Shown in pieces: positions 51,610-63,350 of a stretch of 64,000 bases of DNA. Below the pieces are notes generated by a model. That model saw only the letters and a program-made list of their open reading frames with translations. It ran no database searches and was not told the DNA's origin. Source of the DNA: Eledone cirrhosa (taxonomy: Eukaryota). A program made the position numbers and the translations under genes. The stretch lies in NCBI GenBank assembly GCA_964016885.1, contig OZ024753.1, positions 20,398,001 through 20,462,000 of the forward strand. The letters run 5' to 3'. Numbering within the stretch: position 1 is the first letter of the stretch; each line of letters starts with the position of its first letter.

Positions 51610-54600
51610 AGGATCTGTGTGTGTTGTGATACAGTGTAGTGTCTGGGGAGTTGGGGAGGATCTGTGTGTGTTGTGATACAGTGTAGTGTCTGGGGAGTTG
51701 GGAAGGATCTGTGTGTGTTGTGATGCAGTATAGTGTCTGGGGTGTTGGGAAGGATCTGTGTGTGTTGTGATACAGTGTAGTGTCTGGGGTGTTGGGAAGG
51801 ATCTGTGTGTGTTGTGATACAGTATAGTGTCTGGGGAGTTGGGAAGGATCTGTGTGTGTTCTGATACAGTATAGTGTCTGGGGTGTTGGGAAGGATCTGT
51901 GTGTGTTGTGATACAGTGTAGTGTCTGGGGATTTGGGAAGGATCTGTGTGTGTTGTGATACAGTGTAGTGTCTAGGGAGTTGGGAAGGATCTGTGTGTGT
52001 TGTGATACAGTATAGTGTCTGGGGAGTTGGGAAGGATCTGTGTGCGTTGTGATACAGTATAGTGTCTGGGGTGTTGGGAAGGATCTGTGTGTGTTGTGAT
52101 ACAGTGTAGTGTCTGGGGTGTTGGGAAGGATCTGTGTGTGTTGTGATACAGTGTAGTGTCTGGGGTGTTGGGAAGGATCTGTGTGTGTTGTGATACAGTA
52201 TAGTGTCTGGGGAGTTGGGAAGGATCTGTGTGTGTTGTGATACAGTATAGTGTCTTGGGTGTTGGGAAGGATCTGTGTGTGTTGTGATACAGTGTAGTGT
52301 CTGGGGAGTTGGGAAGGATCTGTGTGTGGTGTGATACAGTGTAGTGTCTGGAGAGTTGGGAAGGATCTGTGTGTGTTGTGATACAGTGTAGTCTGTGGGG
52401 AGTTGGGAAGGATCTGTGTGTGTTGTGATACAGTGTAGTGTCTGGGGAGTTGGGAAGCATCTGTGTGTGTTGTGATACAGTGTAGTGTCTGGGGAGTTGG
52501 GAAGGATCTGTGTGTGTTGTGATACAGTATAGTATCTGGGGAGTTGGGAAGGATCTGTGTGTGTTGTGATACAGTGTAGTGTCTGGGGTGTTGGGAAGGA
52601 TCTGTGTGTGGTGTGATACAGTGTAGTGTCTGGAGAGTTGGGAAGGATCTGTGTGTGTTGTGATACAGTGTAGTCTGTGGGGAGTTGGGAAGGATCTGTG
52701 TGTGTTGTGATACAGTGTAGTGTCTGGGGAGTTGGGAAGCATCTGTGTGTGTTGTGATACAGTGTAGTGTCTGGGGAGTTGGGAAGGATCTGTGTGTGTT
52801 GTGATACAGTATAGTATCTGGGGAGTTGGGAAGGATCTGTGTGTGTTGTGATACAGTGTAGTGTCTGGGGAGTTGGGAAGGATCTGTGTGTGTTGTGATA
52901 CAGTATAGTGTCTGGGGTGTTGGGAAGGATCTGTGTGTGTTGTGATACAGTATAGTGTCTGGGGAGTTGGGAAGGATCTGTGTGTGTTGTGATACAGTAT
53001 AGTGTCTGGGGTGTTGGAAGGATCTGTGTGTGTTGTGATACAGTGTAGTGTCTGGGGAGTTGGGAAGGATCTGTGTGTGTTGTGATACAGTATAGTGTCT
53101 GGTGTGTTGGGAAGGATCTGTGTGTGTTGTGATACAGTGTAGTGTCTGGGGTGTTGGGAAGGATCTGTGTGTGTTGTGATACAGTGTAGTGTCTGGGGTG
53201 TTGGGAAGGATGTGTGTGTGTTGTGATACAGTATAGTGTCTGGGGAGTTGGGAAGGATCTGTGTGTGTTGTGATACAGTATAGTGTCTGGGGAGTTGGGA
53301 AGGATCTGTGTGTGTTGTGATACAGTATAGTGTCTGGGGTGTTGGGAAGGATCTGTGTGTGTTGTGATACAGTGTAGTGTCTGGGGAGTTGGGATGGATC
53401 TGTGTGTGTTGTGATACAGTATAGTGTCTGGTGTGTTGGGAAGGATCTGTGTGTGTTGTGATACAGTGTAGTGTCTGGGGTGTTGGGAAGGATCTGTGTG
53501 TGTTGTGATACAGTGTAGTGTCTGGGGAGTTGGGAAGCATCTGTGTGTGTTGTGATACAGTGTAGTGTCTGGGGAGTTGGGAAGGATCTGTGTGTGTTGT
53601 GATACAGTATAGTATCTGGGGAGTTGGGAAGGATCTGTGTGTGTTGTGATACAGTGTAGTGTCTGGGGAGTTGGGAAGGATCTGTGTGTGTTGTGATACA
53701 GTATAGTGTCTGGGGTGTTGGGAAGGATCTGTGTGTGTTGTGATACAGTATAGTGTCTGGGGAGTTGGGAAGGATCTGTGTGTGTTGTGATACAGTATAG
53801 TGTCTGGGGTGTTGGAAGGATCTGTGTGTGTTGTGATACAGTGTAGTGTCTGGGGAGTTGGGAAGGATCTGTGTGTGTTGTGATACAGTGTAGTGTCTGG
53901 GGAGTTGGGAAGCATCTGTGTGTGTTGTGATACAGTGTAGTGTCTGGGGAGTTGGGAAGGATCTGTGTGTGTTGTGATACAGTATAGTATCTGGGGTGTT
54001 GGGAAGGATCTGTGTGTGTTGTGATACAGTGTAGTGTCTGGGGAGTTGGGAAGGATCTGTGTGTGTTGTGATACAGTATAGTGTCTTGGGTGTTGGGAAG
54101 GATCTGTGTGTGTTGTGATACAGTGTAGTGTCTGGGGAGTTGGGGAGGATCTGTGTGTGTTGTGATACAGTGTAGTGTCTGGGGAGTTGGGAAGGATCTG
54201 TGTGTGTTGTGATGCAGTATAGTGTCTGGGGTGTTGGGAAGGATCTGTGTGTGTTGTGATACAGTGTAGTGTCTGGGGTGTTGGGAAGGATCTGTGTGTG
54301 TTGTGATACAGTATAGTGTCTGGGGAGTTGGGAAGGATCTGTGTGTGTTCTGATACAGTATAGTGTCTGGGGTGTTGGGAAGGATCTGTGTGTGTTGTGA
54401 TACAGTGTAGTGTCTGGGGATTTGGGAAGGATCTGTGTGTGTTGTGATACAGTGTAGTGTCTAGGGAGTTGGGAAGGATCTGTGTGTGTTGTGATACAGT
54501 ATAGTGTCTGGGGAGTTGGGAAGGATCTGTGTGCGTTGTGATACAGTATAGTGTCTGGGGTGTTGGGAAGGATCTGTGTGTGTTGTGATACAGTGTAGTG

Positions 54601-55580
54601 TCTGGGGTGTTGGGAAGGATCTGTGTGTGTTGTGATACAGTGTAGTGTCTGGGGTGTTGGGAAGGATCTGTGTGTGTTGTGATACAGTATAGTGTCTGGG
54701 GAGTTGGGAAGGATCTGTGTGTGTTGTGAAGGATCTGTGTGTGTTGTGATACAGTGTAGTGTCTGGGGAGTTGGGAAGGATCTGTGTGTGGTGTGATACA
54801 GTGTAGTGTCTGGAGAGTTGGGAAGGATCTGTGTGTGTTGTGATACAGTGTAGTCTGTGGGGAGTTGGGAAGGATCTGTGTGTGTTGTGATACAGTGTAG
54901 TGTCTGGGGAGTTGGGAAGCATCTGTGTGTGTTGTGATACAGTGTAGTGTCTGGGGAGTTGGGAAGGATCTGTGTGTGTTGTGATACAGTATAGTTTCTG
55001 GGGAGTTGGGAAGGATCTGTGTGTGTTGTGATACAGTGTAGTGTCTGGGGTGTTGGGAAGGATCTGTGTGTGGTGTGATACAGTGTAGTGTCTGGAGAGT
55101 TGGGAAGGATCTGTGTGTGTTGTGATACAGTGTAGTCTGTGGGGAGTTGGGAAGGATCTGTGTGTGTTGTGATACAGTGTAGTGTCTGGGGAGTTGGGAA
55201 GCATCTGTGTGTGTTGTGATACAGTGTAGTGTCTGGGGAGTTGGGAAGGATCTGTGTGTGTTGTGATACAGTATAGTGTCTGGTGTGTTGGGAAGGATCT
55301 GTGTGTGTTGTGATACAGTGTAGTGTCTGGGGTGTTGGGAAGGATCTGTGTGTGTTGTGATACAGTGTAGTGTCTGGGGTGTTGGGAAGGATGTGTGTGT
55401 GTTGTGATACAGTATAGTGTCTGGGGAGTTGGGAAGGATCTGTGTGTGTTGTGATACAGTATAGTGTCTGGGGAGTTGGGAAGGATCTGTGTGTGTTGTG
55501 ATACAGTATAGTGTCTGGGGTGTTGGGAAGGATCTGTGTGTGTTGTGATACAGTGTAGTGTCTGGGGAGTTGGGATGGAT
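50907..55580 (+). repeat. Tandem duplication with 2,489-bp period (53 monomers minus 2 bp). The second copy is shortened by a 27-bp and a multi-unit deletion
   Basis: GATGCAGT ~51722/54211, AAGCATC 51049/53538, and ORF ends 51426/53915 and 51972/54461 all give an offset of 2,489. The offset becomes 2,462 after 54,729. Confidence 0.88.
54710..54729 (+). repeat. Truncated 20-bp monomer (27-bp deletion of unit positions 21-47)
   Basis: The sequence reads AGGATCTGTGTGTGTTGTGA|AGGATCTGTG. The paralogous unit at 52221-52267 is intact. Confidence 0.95.
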
Positions 55581-58500
55581 CTGTGTGTGTTGTGATACAG
55601 TGTAGTGTCTGGGGAGTTGGGAAGGATCTGTGTGTGTTGTGATACAGTGTAGTGTCTGGGGTGTTGGGAAGGATCTGTGTGTGTTGTGATACAGTGTAGT
55701 GTCTGGGGTGTTGGGAAGGATCTGTGTGTGTTGTGATACAGTATAGTGTCTGGGGTGTTGGGAAGGATCTGTGTGTGTTGTGATACAGTGTAGTGTCTGA
55801 TGAGTTGGGAAGGATCTGTGTGTGTTGTGATACAGTGTGTTGTCTGGGGTGTTGGGAAGGATCTGTGTGTGTTGTGATACAGTATAGTGTCTGGGAAGTT
55901 GGGAAGGATCTGTGTGTGTTGTGATACAGTATAGTGTCTGGGGAGTTGGGAAGGATCTGTGTGTGTTGTGATACAGTATAGTGTCTGGGGTGTTGGGAAG
56001 GATCTGTGTGTGTTGTGATACAGTGTAGTGTCTGGGGTGTTGGGAAGGATCTGTGTGTGTTGTGATACAGTGTAGTGTCTGGGGTGTTGGGAAGGATCTG
56101 TGTGTGTTGTGATACAGTATAGTGTCTGGGGAGTTGGGAAGGATCTGTGTGTGTTGGGATACAGTATAGTGTCTGGGGTGTTGGGAAGGATCTGTGTGTG
56201 TTGTGATACAGTGTAGTGTCTGGGGAGTTGGGAAGGATCTGTGTGTGTTGTGATACAGTATAGTGTCTTGGGTGTTGGGAAGGATCTGTGTGTGTTGTGA
56301 TACAGTGTAGTGTCTGGGGAGTTGGGGAGGATCTGTGTGTGTTGTGATACAGTGTAGTGTCTGGGGAGTTGGGAAGGATCTGTGTGTGTTGTGATACAGT
56401 ATAGTGTCTGGGGTGTTGGGAAGGATCTGTGTGTGTTGTGATACAGTGTAGTGTCTGGGGTGTTGGGAAGGATCTGTGTGTGTTGTGATACAGTATAGTG
56501 TCTGGGGAGTTGGGAAGGATCTGTGTGTGTTCTGATACAGTATAGTGTCTGGGGTGTTGGGAAGGATCTGTGTGTGTTGTGATACAGTGTAGTGTCTGGG
56601 TATTTGGGAAGGATCTGTGTGTGTTGTGATACAGTGTAGTGTCTAGGGAGTTGGGAAGGATCTGTGTGTGTTGTGATACAGTATAGTGTCTGGGGAGTTG
56701 GGAAGGATCTGTGTGCGTTGTGATACAGTATAGTGTCTGGGGTGTTGGGAAGGATCTGTGTGTGTTGTGATACAGTGTAGTGTCTGGGGTGTTGGGAAGG
56801 ATCTGTGTGTGTTGTGATACAGTGTAGTGTCTGGGGTGTTGGGAAGGATCTGTGTGTGATGTGATACAGTATAGTGTCTGGGGAGTTGGGAAGGATCTGT
56901 GTGTGTTGTGATACAGTATAGTGTCTTGGGTGTTGGGAAGGATCTGTGTGTGTTGTGATACAGTGTAGTGTCTGGGGAGTTGGGAAGGATATGTGTGTGT
57001 TGTGATACAGTGTAGTGTCTGGGGAGTTGGGAAGGATCTGTGTGTGGTGTGATACAGTGTAGTGTCTGGAGAGTTGGGAAGGATCTGTGTGTGTTGTGAT
57101 ACAGTGTAGTCTCTGGGGAGTTGGGAAGGATCTGTGTGTGTTGTGATACAGTGTAGTGTCTGGGGAGTTGGGAAGGATCTGTGTGTGTTGTGATACAGTA
57201 TAGTGTCTGGGGTGTTGGGAAGGATCTGTGTGTGTTGTGATACAGTATAGTGTCTGGGGAGTTGGGAAGGATCTGTGTGTGTTGTGATATAGTATAGTGT
57301 CTGGGGTGTTGGAAGGATCTGTGTGTGTTGTGATACAGTGTAGTGTCTGGGGAGTTGGGAAGGATCTGTGTGTGTTGTGATACAGTATAGTGTCTGGTGT
57401 GTTGGGAAGGATCTGTGTGTGTTGTGATACAGTGTAGTGTCTGGGGTGTTGGGAAGGATATGTGTGTGTTGTGATACAGTGTAGTGTCTGGGGTGTTGGG
57501 AAGGATCTGTGTGTGTTGTGATACAGTATAGTGTCTGGGGAGTTGGGAAGGATCTGTGTGTGTTGTGATACAGTATAGTGTCTGGGGAGTTGGGAAGGAT
57601 CTGTGTGTGTTGTGATACAGTATAGTGTCTGGGGTGTTGGGAAGGATCTGTGTGTGTTGTGATACAGTGTAGTGTCTGGGGAGTTGGGATGGATCTGTGT
57701 GTGTTGTGATACAGTATAGTGTCTGGGGAGTTGGGAAGGATCTGTGTGTGTTGTGATACAGTATAGTGTCTGGGGAGTTGGGAAGGATCTGTGTGTGTTG
57801 TGATACAGTATAGTGTCTGGGGTGTTGGGAAGGATCTGTGTGTGTTGTGATACAGTGTAGTGTCTGGGGAGTTGGGATGGATCTGTGTGTGTTGTGATAC
57901 AGTGTAGTGTCTGGGGAGTTGGGAAGGATCTGTGTGTGTTGTGATACAGTGTAGTGTCTGGGGAGTTGGGAAGGATCTGTGTGTGTTGTGATACAGTGTA
58001 GTGTCTGGGGAGTTGGGAAGGATCTGTGTGTGTTGTGATACAGTATAGTGTCTGGGGTGTTGGGAAGGATCTGTGTGTGTTGTGATACAGTGTAGTGTCT
58101 GGGGTGTTGGGAAGGATCTGTGTGTGTTGTGATACAGTATAGTGTCTGGGGTGTTGGGAAGGATCTGTGTGTGTTGTGATACAGTGTAGTGTCTGGGGAG
58201 TTGGGAAGGATCTGTGTGTGTTGTGATACAGTGTAGTGCCTAGGGAGTTGGGAAGGATCTGTGTGTGTTGTGATACAGTATAGTGTCTGGGGAGTTGGGA
58301 AGGATTTGTGTGTGTTGTGATACAGTATAGTGTCTGGGGTTTTGGGAAGGATCTGTGTGTGTTGTGATAGAGTGTAGTGTCTGGGGTGTTGGGAAGGATC
58401 TGTGTGTGTTGTGATACAGTGTAGTGTCTGGGGTGTTGGGAAGAATCTGTGTGTGTTGTGATACAGTATAGTGTCTGGGGAGTTGGGAAGGATCTGTGTG

Positions 58501-61500
58501 TGTTGTGATACAGTATAGTGTCTTGGGTGTTGGGAAGGATCTGTGTGTGTTGTGATACAGTGTAGTGTCTGGGGAGTTGGGGAGGATCTGTGTGTGTTGT
58601 GATACAGTGTAGTGTCTGGGGTGTTGGGAAGGATCTGTGTGTGTTGTGATACAGTGTAGTGTCTGGGGTGTTGGGAAGGATCTGTGTGTGTTGTGATACA
58701 GTGTAGTGTCTGGGGTGTTGGGAAGGATCTGTGTGTGTTGTGATACAGTATAGTGTCTGGGGAGTTGGGAAGGATCTGTGTGTGTTGTGATACAGTATAG
58801 TGTCTTGGGTGTTGGGAAGGATCTGTGTGTGTTGTGATACAGTGTAGTGTCTGGGGAGTTGGGAAGGATCTGTGTGTGTTGTGATACAGTATAGTGTCTG
58901 GGGAGTTGGGAAGGATATGTGTGTGTTGTGATACAGTATAGTGTCTGGGGAGTTGGGAAGGATCTGTGTGTGTTGTGATACAGTATAGTGTCTGGGGTGT
59001 TGGGAAGGATCTGTGTGTGTTGTGATACAGTGTAGTGTCTGATGAGTTGGGAAGGATCTGTGTGTGTTGTGATACAGTGTGTTGTCTGGGGGGTTGGGAA
59101 GGATCTGTGTGTGTTGTGATACAGTATAGTGTCTGGGAAGTTGGGAAGGATCTGTGTGTGTTGTGATAGAGTATAGTGTCTGGGGAGTTGGGAAGGATCT
59201 GTGTGTGTTGTGATACAGTATAGTGTCTGGGGTGTTGGGAAGGATCTGTGTGTGTTGTGATACAGTGTAGTGTCTGGGGTGTTGGGAAGGATCTGTGTGT
59301 GTTGTGATACAGTGTAGTGTCTGGGGTGTTGGGAAGGATCTGTGTGTGTTGTGATACAGTATAGTGTCTGGGGAGTTGGGAAGGATCTGTGTGTGTTGGG
59401 ATACAGTATAGTGTCTGGGGTGTTGGGAAGGATCTGTGTGTGTTGTGATACAGTGTAGTGTCTGGGGAGTTGGGAAGGATCTGTGTGTGTGTTGTGATAC
59501 AGTGTAGTGTTTGGGATGTTGGGAAGGATCTGTGTGTGTTGTGATACAGTATAGTGTCTGGTGTGTTGGGAAGGATCTGTGTGTGTTGTGATACAGTGTA
59601 GTGTCTGGGGTGTTGGGAAGGATCTGTGTGTGTTGTGATACAGTGTAGTGTCTGGGGTGTTGGGAAGGATGTGTGTGTGTTGTGATACAGTATAGTGTCT
59701 GGGGAGTTGGGAAGGATCTGTGTGTGTTGTGATACAGTATAGTGTCTGGGGAGTTGGGAAGGATCTGTGTGTGTTGTGATACAGTATAGTGTCTGGGGTG
59801 TTGGGAAGGATCTGTGTGTGTTGTGATACAGTGTAGTGTCTGGGGAGTTGGGATGGATCTGTGTGTGTTGTGATACAGTGTAGTGTCTGGGGAGTTGGGA
59901 AGGATCTGTGTGTGTTGTGATACAGTGTAGTGTCTGGGGAGTTGGGAAGGATCTGTGTGTGTTGTGATACAGTGTAGTGTCTGGGGAGTTGGGAAGGATC
60001 TGTGTGTGTTGTGATACAGTATAGTGTCTGGGGTGTTGGGAAGGATCTGTGTGTGTTGTGATACAGTGTAGTGTCTGGGGTGTTGGGAAGGATCTGTGTG
60101 TGTTGTGATACAGTATAGTGTCTGGAGAGTTGGGAAGGATCTGTGTGTGTTGTGATACAGTATAGTGTCTGGGGTGTTGGGAAGGATCTGTGTGTGTTGT
60201 GATACAGTGTAGTGTCTGGGTAGTTGGGAAGGATCTGTGTGTGTTGTGATACAGTGTAGTGCCTAGGGAGTTGGGAAGGATCTGTGTGTGTTGTCATACA
60301 GTATAGTGTCTGGGGTGTTGGGAAGGATCTGTGTGTGTTGTGATACAGTGTAGTGTCTGGGGTGTTGGGAAGGATCTGTGTGTGTTGTGATACAGTATAG
60401 TGTCTGGGGTGTTGGGAAGGATCTGTGTGTGTTGTGATACAGTGTAGTGTCTGATGAGTTGGGAAGGATCTGTGTGTGTTGTGATACAGTGTGTTGTCTG
60501 GGGTGTTGGGAAGGATCTGTGTGTGTTGTGATACAGTATAGTGTCTGGGAAGTTGGGAAGGATCTGTGTGTGTTGTGATACAGTATAGTGTCTGGGGAGT
60601 TGGGAAGGATCTGTGTGTGTTGTGATACAGTGTAGTGTCTGGGGTGTTGGGAAGGATCTGTGTGTGTTGTGATACAGTGTAGTGTCTGGGGTGTTGGGAA
60701 GGATCTGTGTGTGTTGTGATACAGTATAGTGTCTGGGGAGTTGGGAAGGATCTGTATGTGTTGTGATACAGTATAGTGTCTTGGGTGTTGGGAAGGATCT
60801 GTGTGTGTTGTGATACAGTGTAGTGTCTGGGGAGTTGGGAAGGATCTGTGTGTGGTGTGATACAGTGTAGTGTCTGGGGAGTTGGGAAGGATCTGTGTGT
60901 GTTGTGATACAGTATAGTGTCTGGGGTGTTGGGAAGGATCTGTGTGTGTTGTGATGCAGTGTAGTGTCTGGGGAGTTGGGAAGGATCTGTGTGTGTTGTG
61001 ATACAGTGTAGTGTCTGGGGAGTTGGGAAGGATCTGTGTGTGTTGTGATACAGTGTAGTGTCTGGGGAGTTGGGAAGGATCTGTGTGTGTTGTGATACAG
61101 TGTAGTCTGTGGGGAGTTGGGAAGGATCTGTGTGTGTTGTGATACAGTGTAGTGTCTGGGGAGTTGGGAAGCATCTGTGTGTGTTGTGATACAGTGTAGT
61201 GTCTGGGGAGTTGGGAAGGATCTGTGTGTGTTGTGATACAGTATAGTATCTGGGGAGTTGGGAAGGATCTGTGTGTGTTGTGATACAGTGTAGTGTCTGG
61301 GGTGTTGGGAAGGATCTGTGTGTGGTGTGATACAGTGTAGTGTCTGGAGAGTTGGGAAGGATCTGTGTGTGTTGTGATACAGTGTAGTCTGTGGGGAGTT
61401 GGGAAGGATCTGTGTGTGTTGTGATACAGTGTAGTGTCTGGGGAGTTGGGAAGCATCTGTGTGTGTTGTGATACAGTGTAGTGTCTGGGGAGTTGGGAAG

Positions 61501-63350
61501 GATCTGTGTGTGTTGTGATACAGTATAGTATCTGGGGAGTTGGGAAGGATCTGTGTGTGTTGTGATACAGTGTAGTGTCTGGGGAGTTGGGAAGGATCTG
61601 TGTGTGTTGTGATACAGTATAGTGTCTGGGGTGTTGGGAAGGATCTATGTGTGTTGTGATACAGTATAGTGTCTGGGGAGTTGGGAAGGATCTGTGTGTG
61701 TTGTGATACAGTATAGTGTCTGGGGTGTTGGAAGGATCTGTGTGTGTTGTGATACAGTGTAGTGTCTGGGGAGTTGGGAAGGATCTGTGTGTGTTGTGAT
61801 ACAGTATAGTGTCTGGTGTGTTGGGAAGGATCTGTGTGTGTTGTGATACAGTGTAGTGTCTGGGGTGTTGGGAAGGATCTGTGTGTGTTGTGATACAGTG
61901 TAGTGTCTGGGGTGTTGGGAAGGATGTGTGTGTGTTGTGATACAGTATAGTGTCTGGGGAGTTGGGAAGGATCTATGTGTGTTGTGATACAGTATAGTGT
62001 CTGGGGAGTTGGGAAGGATCTGTGTGTGTTGTGATACAGTATAGTGTCTGGGGTGTTGGGAAGGATCTGTGTGTGTTGTGATACAGTGTAGTGTCTGGGG
62101 AGTTGGGATGGATCTGTGTGTGTTGTGATACAGTGTAGTGTCTGGGGAGTTGGGAAGGATCTGTGTGTGTTGTGATACAGTGTAGTGTCTGGGGTGTTGG
62201 GAAGGATCTGTGTGTGTTGTGATACAGTGTAGTGTCTGGGGTGTTGGGAAGGATCTGTGTGTGTTGTGATACAGTATAGTGTCTGGGGTGTTGGGAAGGA
62301 TCTGTGTGTGTTGTGATACAGTGTAGTGTCTGATGAGTTGGGAAGGATCTGTGTGTGTTGTGATACAGTGTGTTGTCTGGGGTGTTGGGAAGGATCTGTG
62401 TGTGTTGTGATACAGTATAGTGTCTGGGAAGTTGGGAAGGATCTGTGTGTGTTGTGATACAGTATAGTGTCTGGGGAGTTGGGAAGGATCTGTGTGTGTT
62501 GTGATACAGTATAGTGTCTGGGGTGTTGGGAAGGATCTGTGTGTGTTGTGATACAGTGTAGTGTCTGGGGTGTTGGGAAGGATCTGTGTGTGTTGTGATA
62601 CAGTGTAGTGTCTGGGGTGTTGGGAAGGATCTGTGTGTGTTGTGATACAGTATAGTGTCTGGGGAGTTGGGAAGGATCTGTGTGTGTTGGGATACAGTAT
62701 AGTGTCTGGGGTGTTGGGAAGGATCTGTGTGTGTTGTGATACAGTGTAGTGTCTGGGGAGTTGGGAAGGATCTGTGTGTGTTGTGATACAGTATAGTGTC
62801 TTGGGTGTTGGGAAGGATCTGTGTGTGTTGTGATACAGTGTAGTGTCTGGGGAGTTGGGGAGGATCTGTGTGTGTTGTGATACAGTGTAGTGTCTGGGGA
62901 GTTGGGAAGGATCTGTGTGTGTTGTGATACAGTATAGTGTCTGGGGTGTTGGGAAGGATCTGTGTGTGTTGTGATACAGTGTAGTGTCTGGGGTGTTGGG
63001 AAGGATCTGTGTGTGTTGTGATACAGTATAGTGTCTGGGGAGTTGGGAAGGATCTGTGTGTGTTCTGATACAGTATAGTGTCTGGGGTGTTGGGAAGGAT
63101 CTGTGTGTGTTGTGATACAGTGTAGTGTCTGGGGATTTGGGAAGGATCTGTGTGTGTTGTGATACAGTGTAGTGTCTAGGGAGTTGGGAAGGATCTGTGT
63201 GTGTTGTGATACAGTATAGTGTCTGGGGAGTTGGGAAGGATCTGTGTGCGTTGTGATACAGTATAGTGTCTGGGGTGTTGGGAAGGATCTGTGTGTGTTG
63301 TGATACAGTGTAGTGTCTGGGGTGTTGGGAAGGATCTGTGTGTGTTGTGA
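55250..63350 (+). repeat. Block of about 1.5 kb duplicated at 6,533-bp offset (exactly 139 monomers): ~55250-56800 and ~61780-63350
   Basis: GGATGTG 55393/61926, CTGATGAG 55800/62333 and GTTGGGATA ~56156/62689. Confidence 0.82.

Noticed and set aside
7001-59495. GT-tract length changes (-2 bp at ~7005, 12597, 37197; +2 bp at ~59481) as programmed phase variation
   Set aside because: These are rare, ordinary dinucleotide slippage events, with no gene whose phase they could control.
3277-61456. Long minus-strand ORFs (up to 1,712 aa) as real mucin-like or His-rich protein genes
   Set aside because: They overlap in all three frames, have a nucleotide period not divisible by 3, and lack any unique N- or C-terminus, signal peptide or domain. 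Their starts and stops are sporadic satellite variants, so they are not annotated as CDS.
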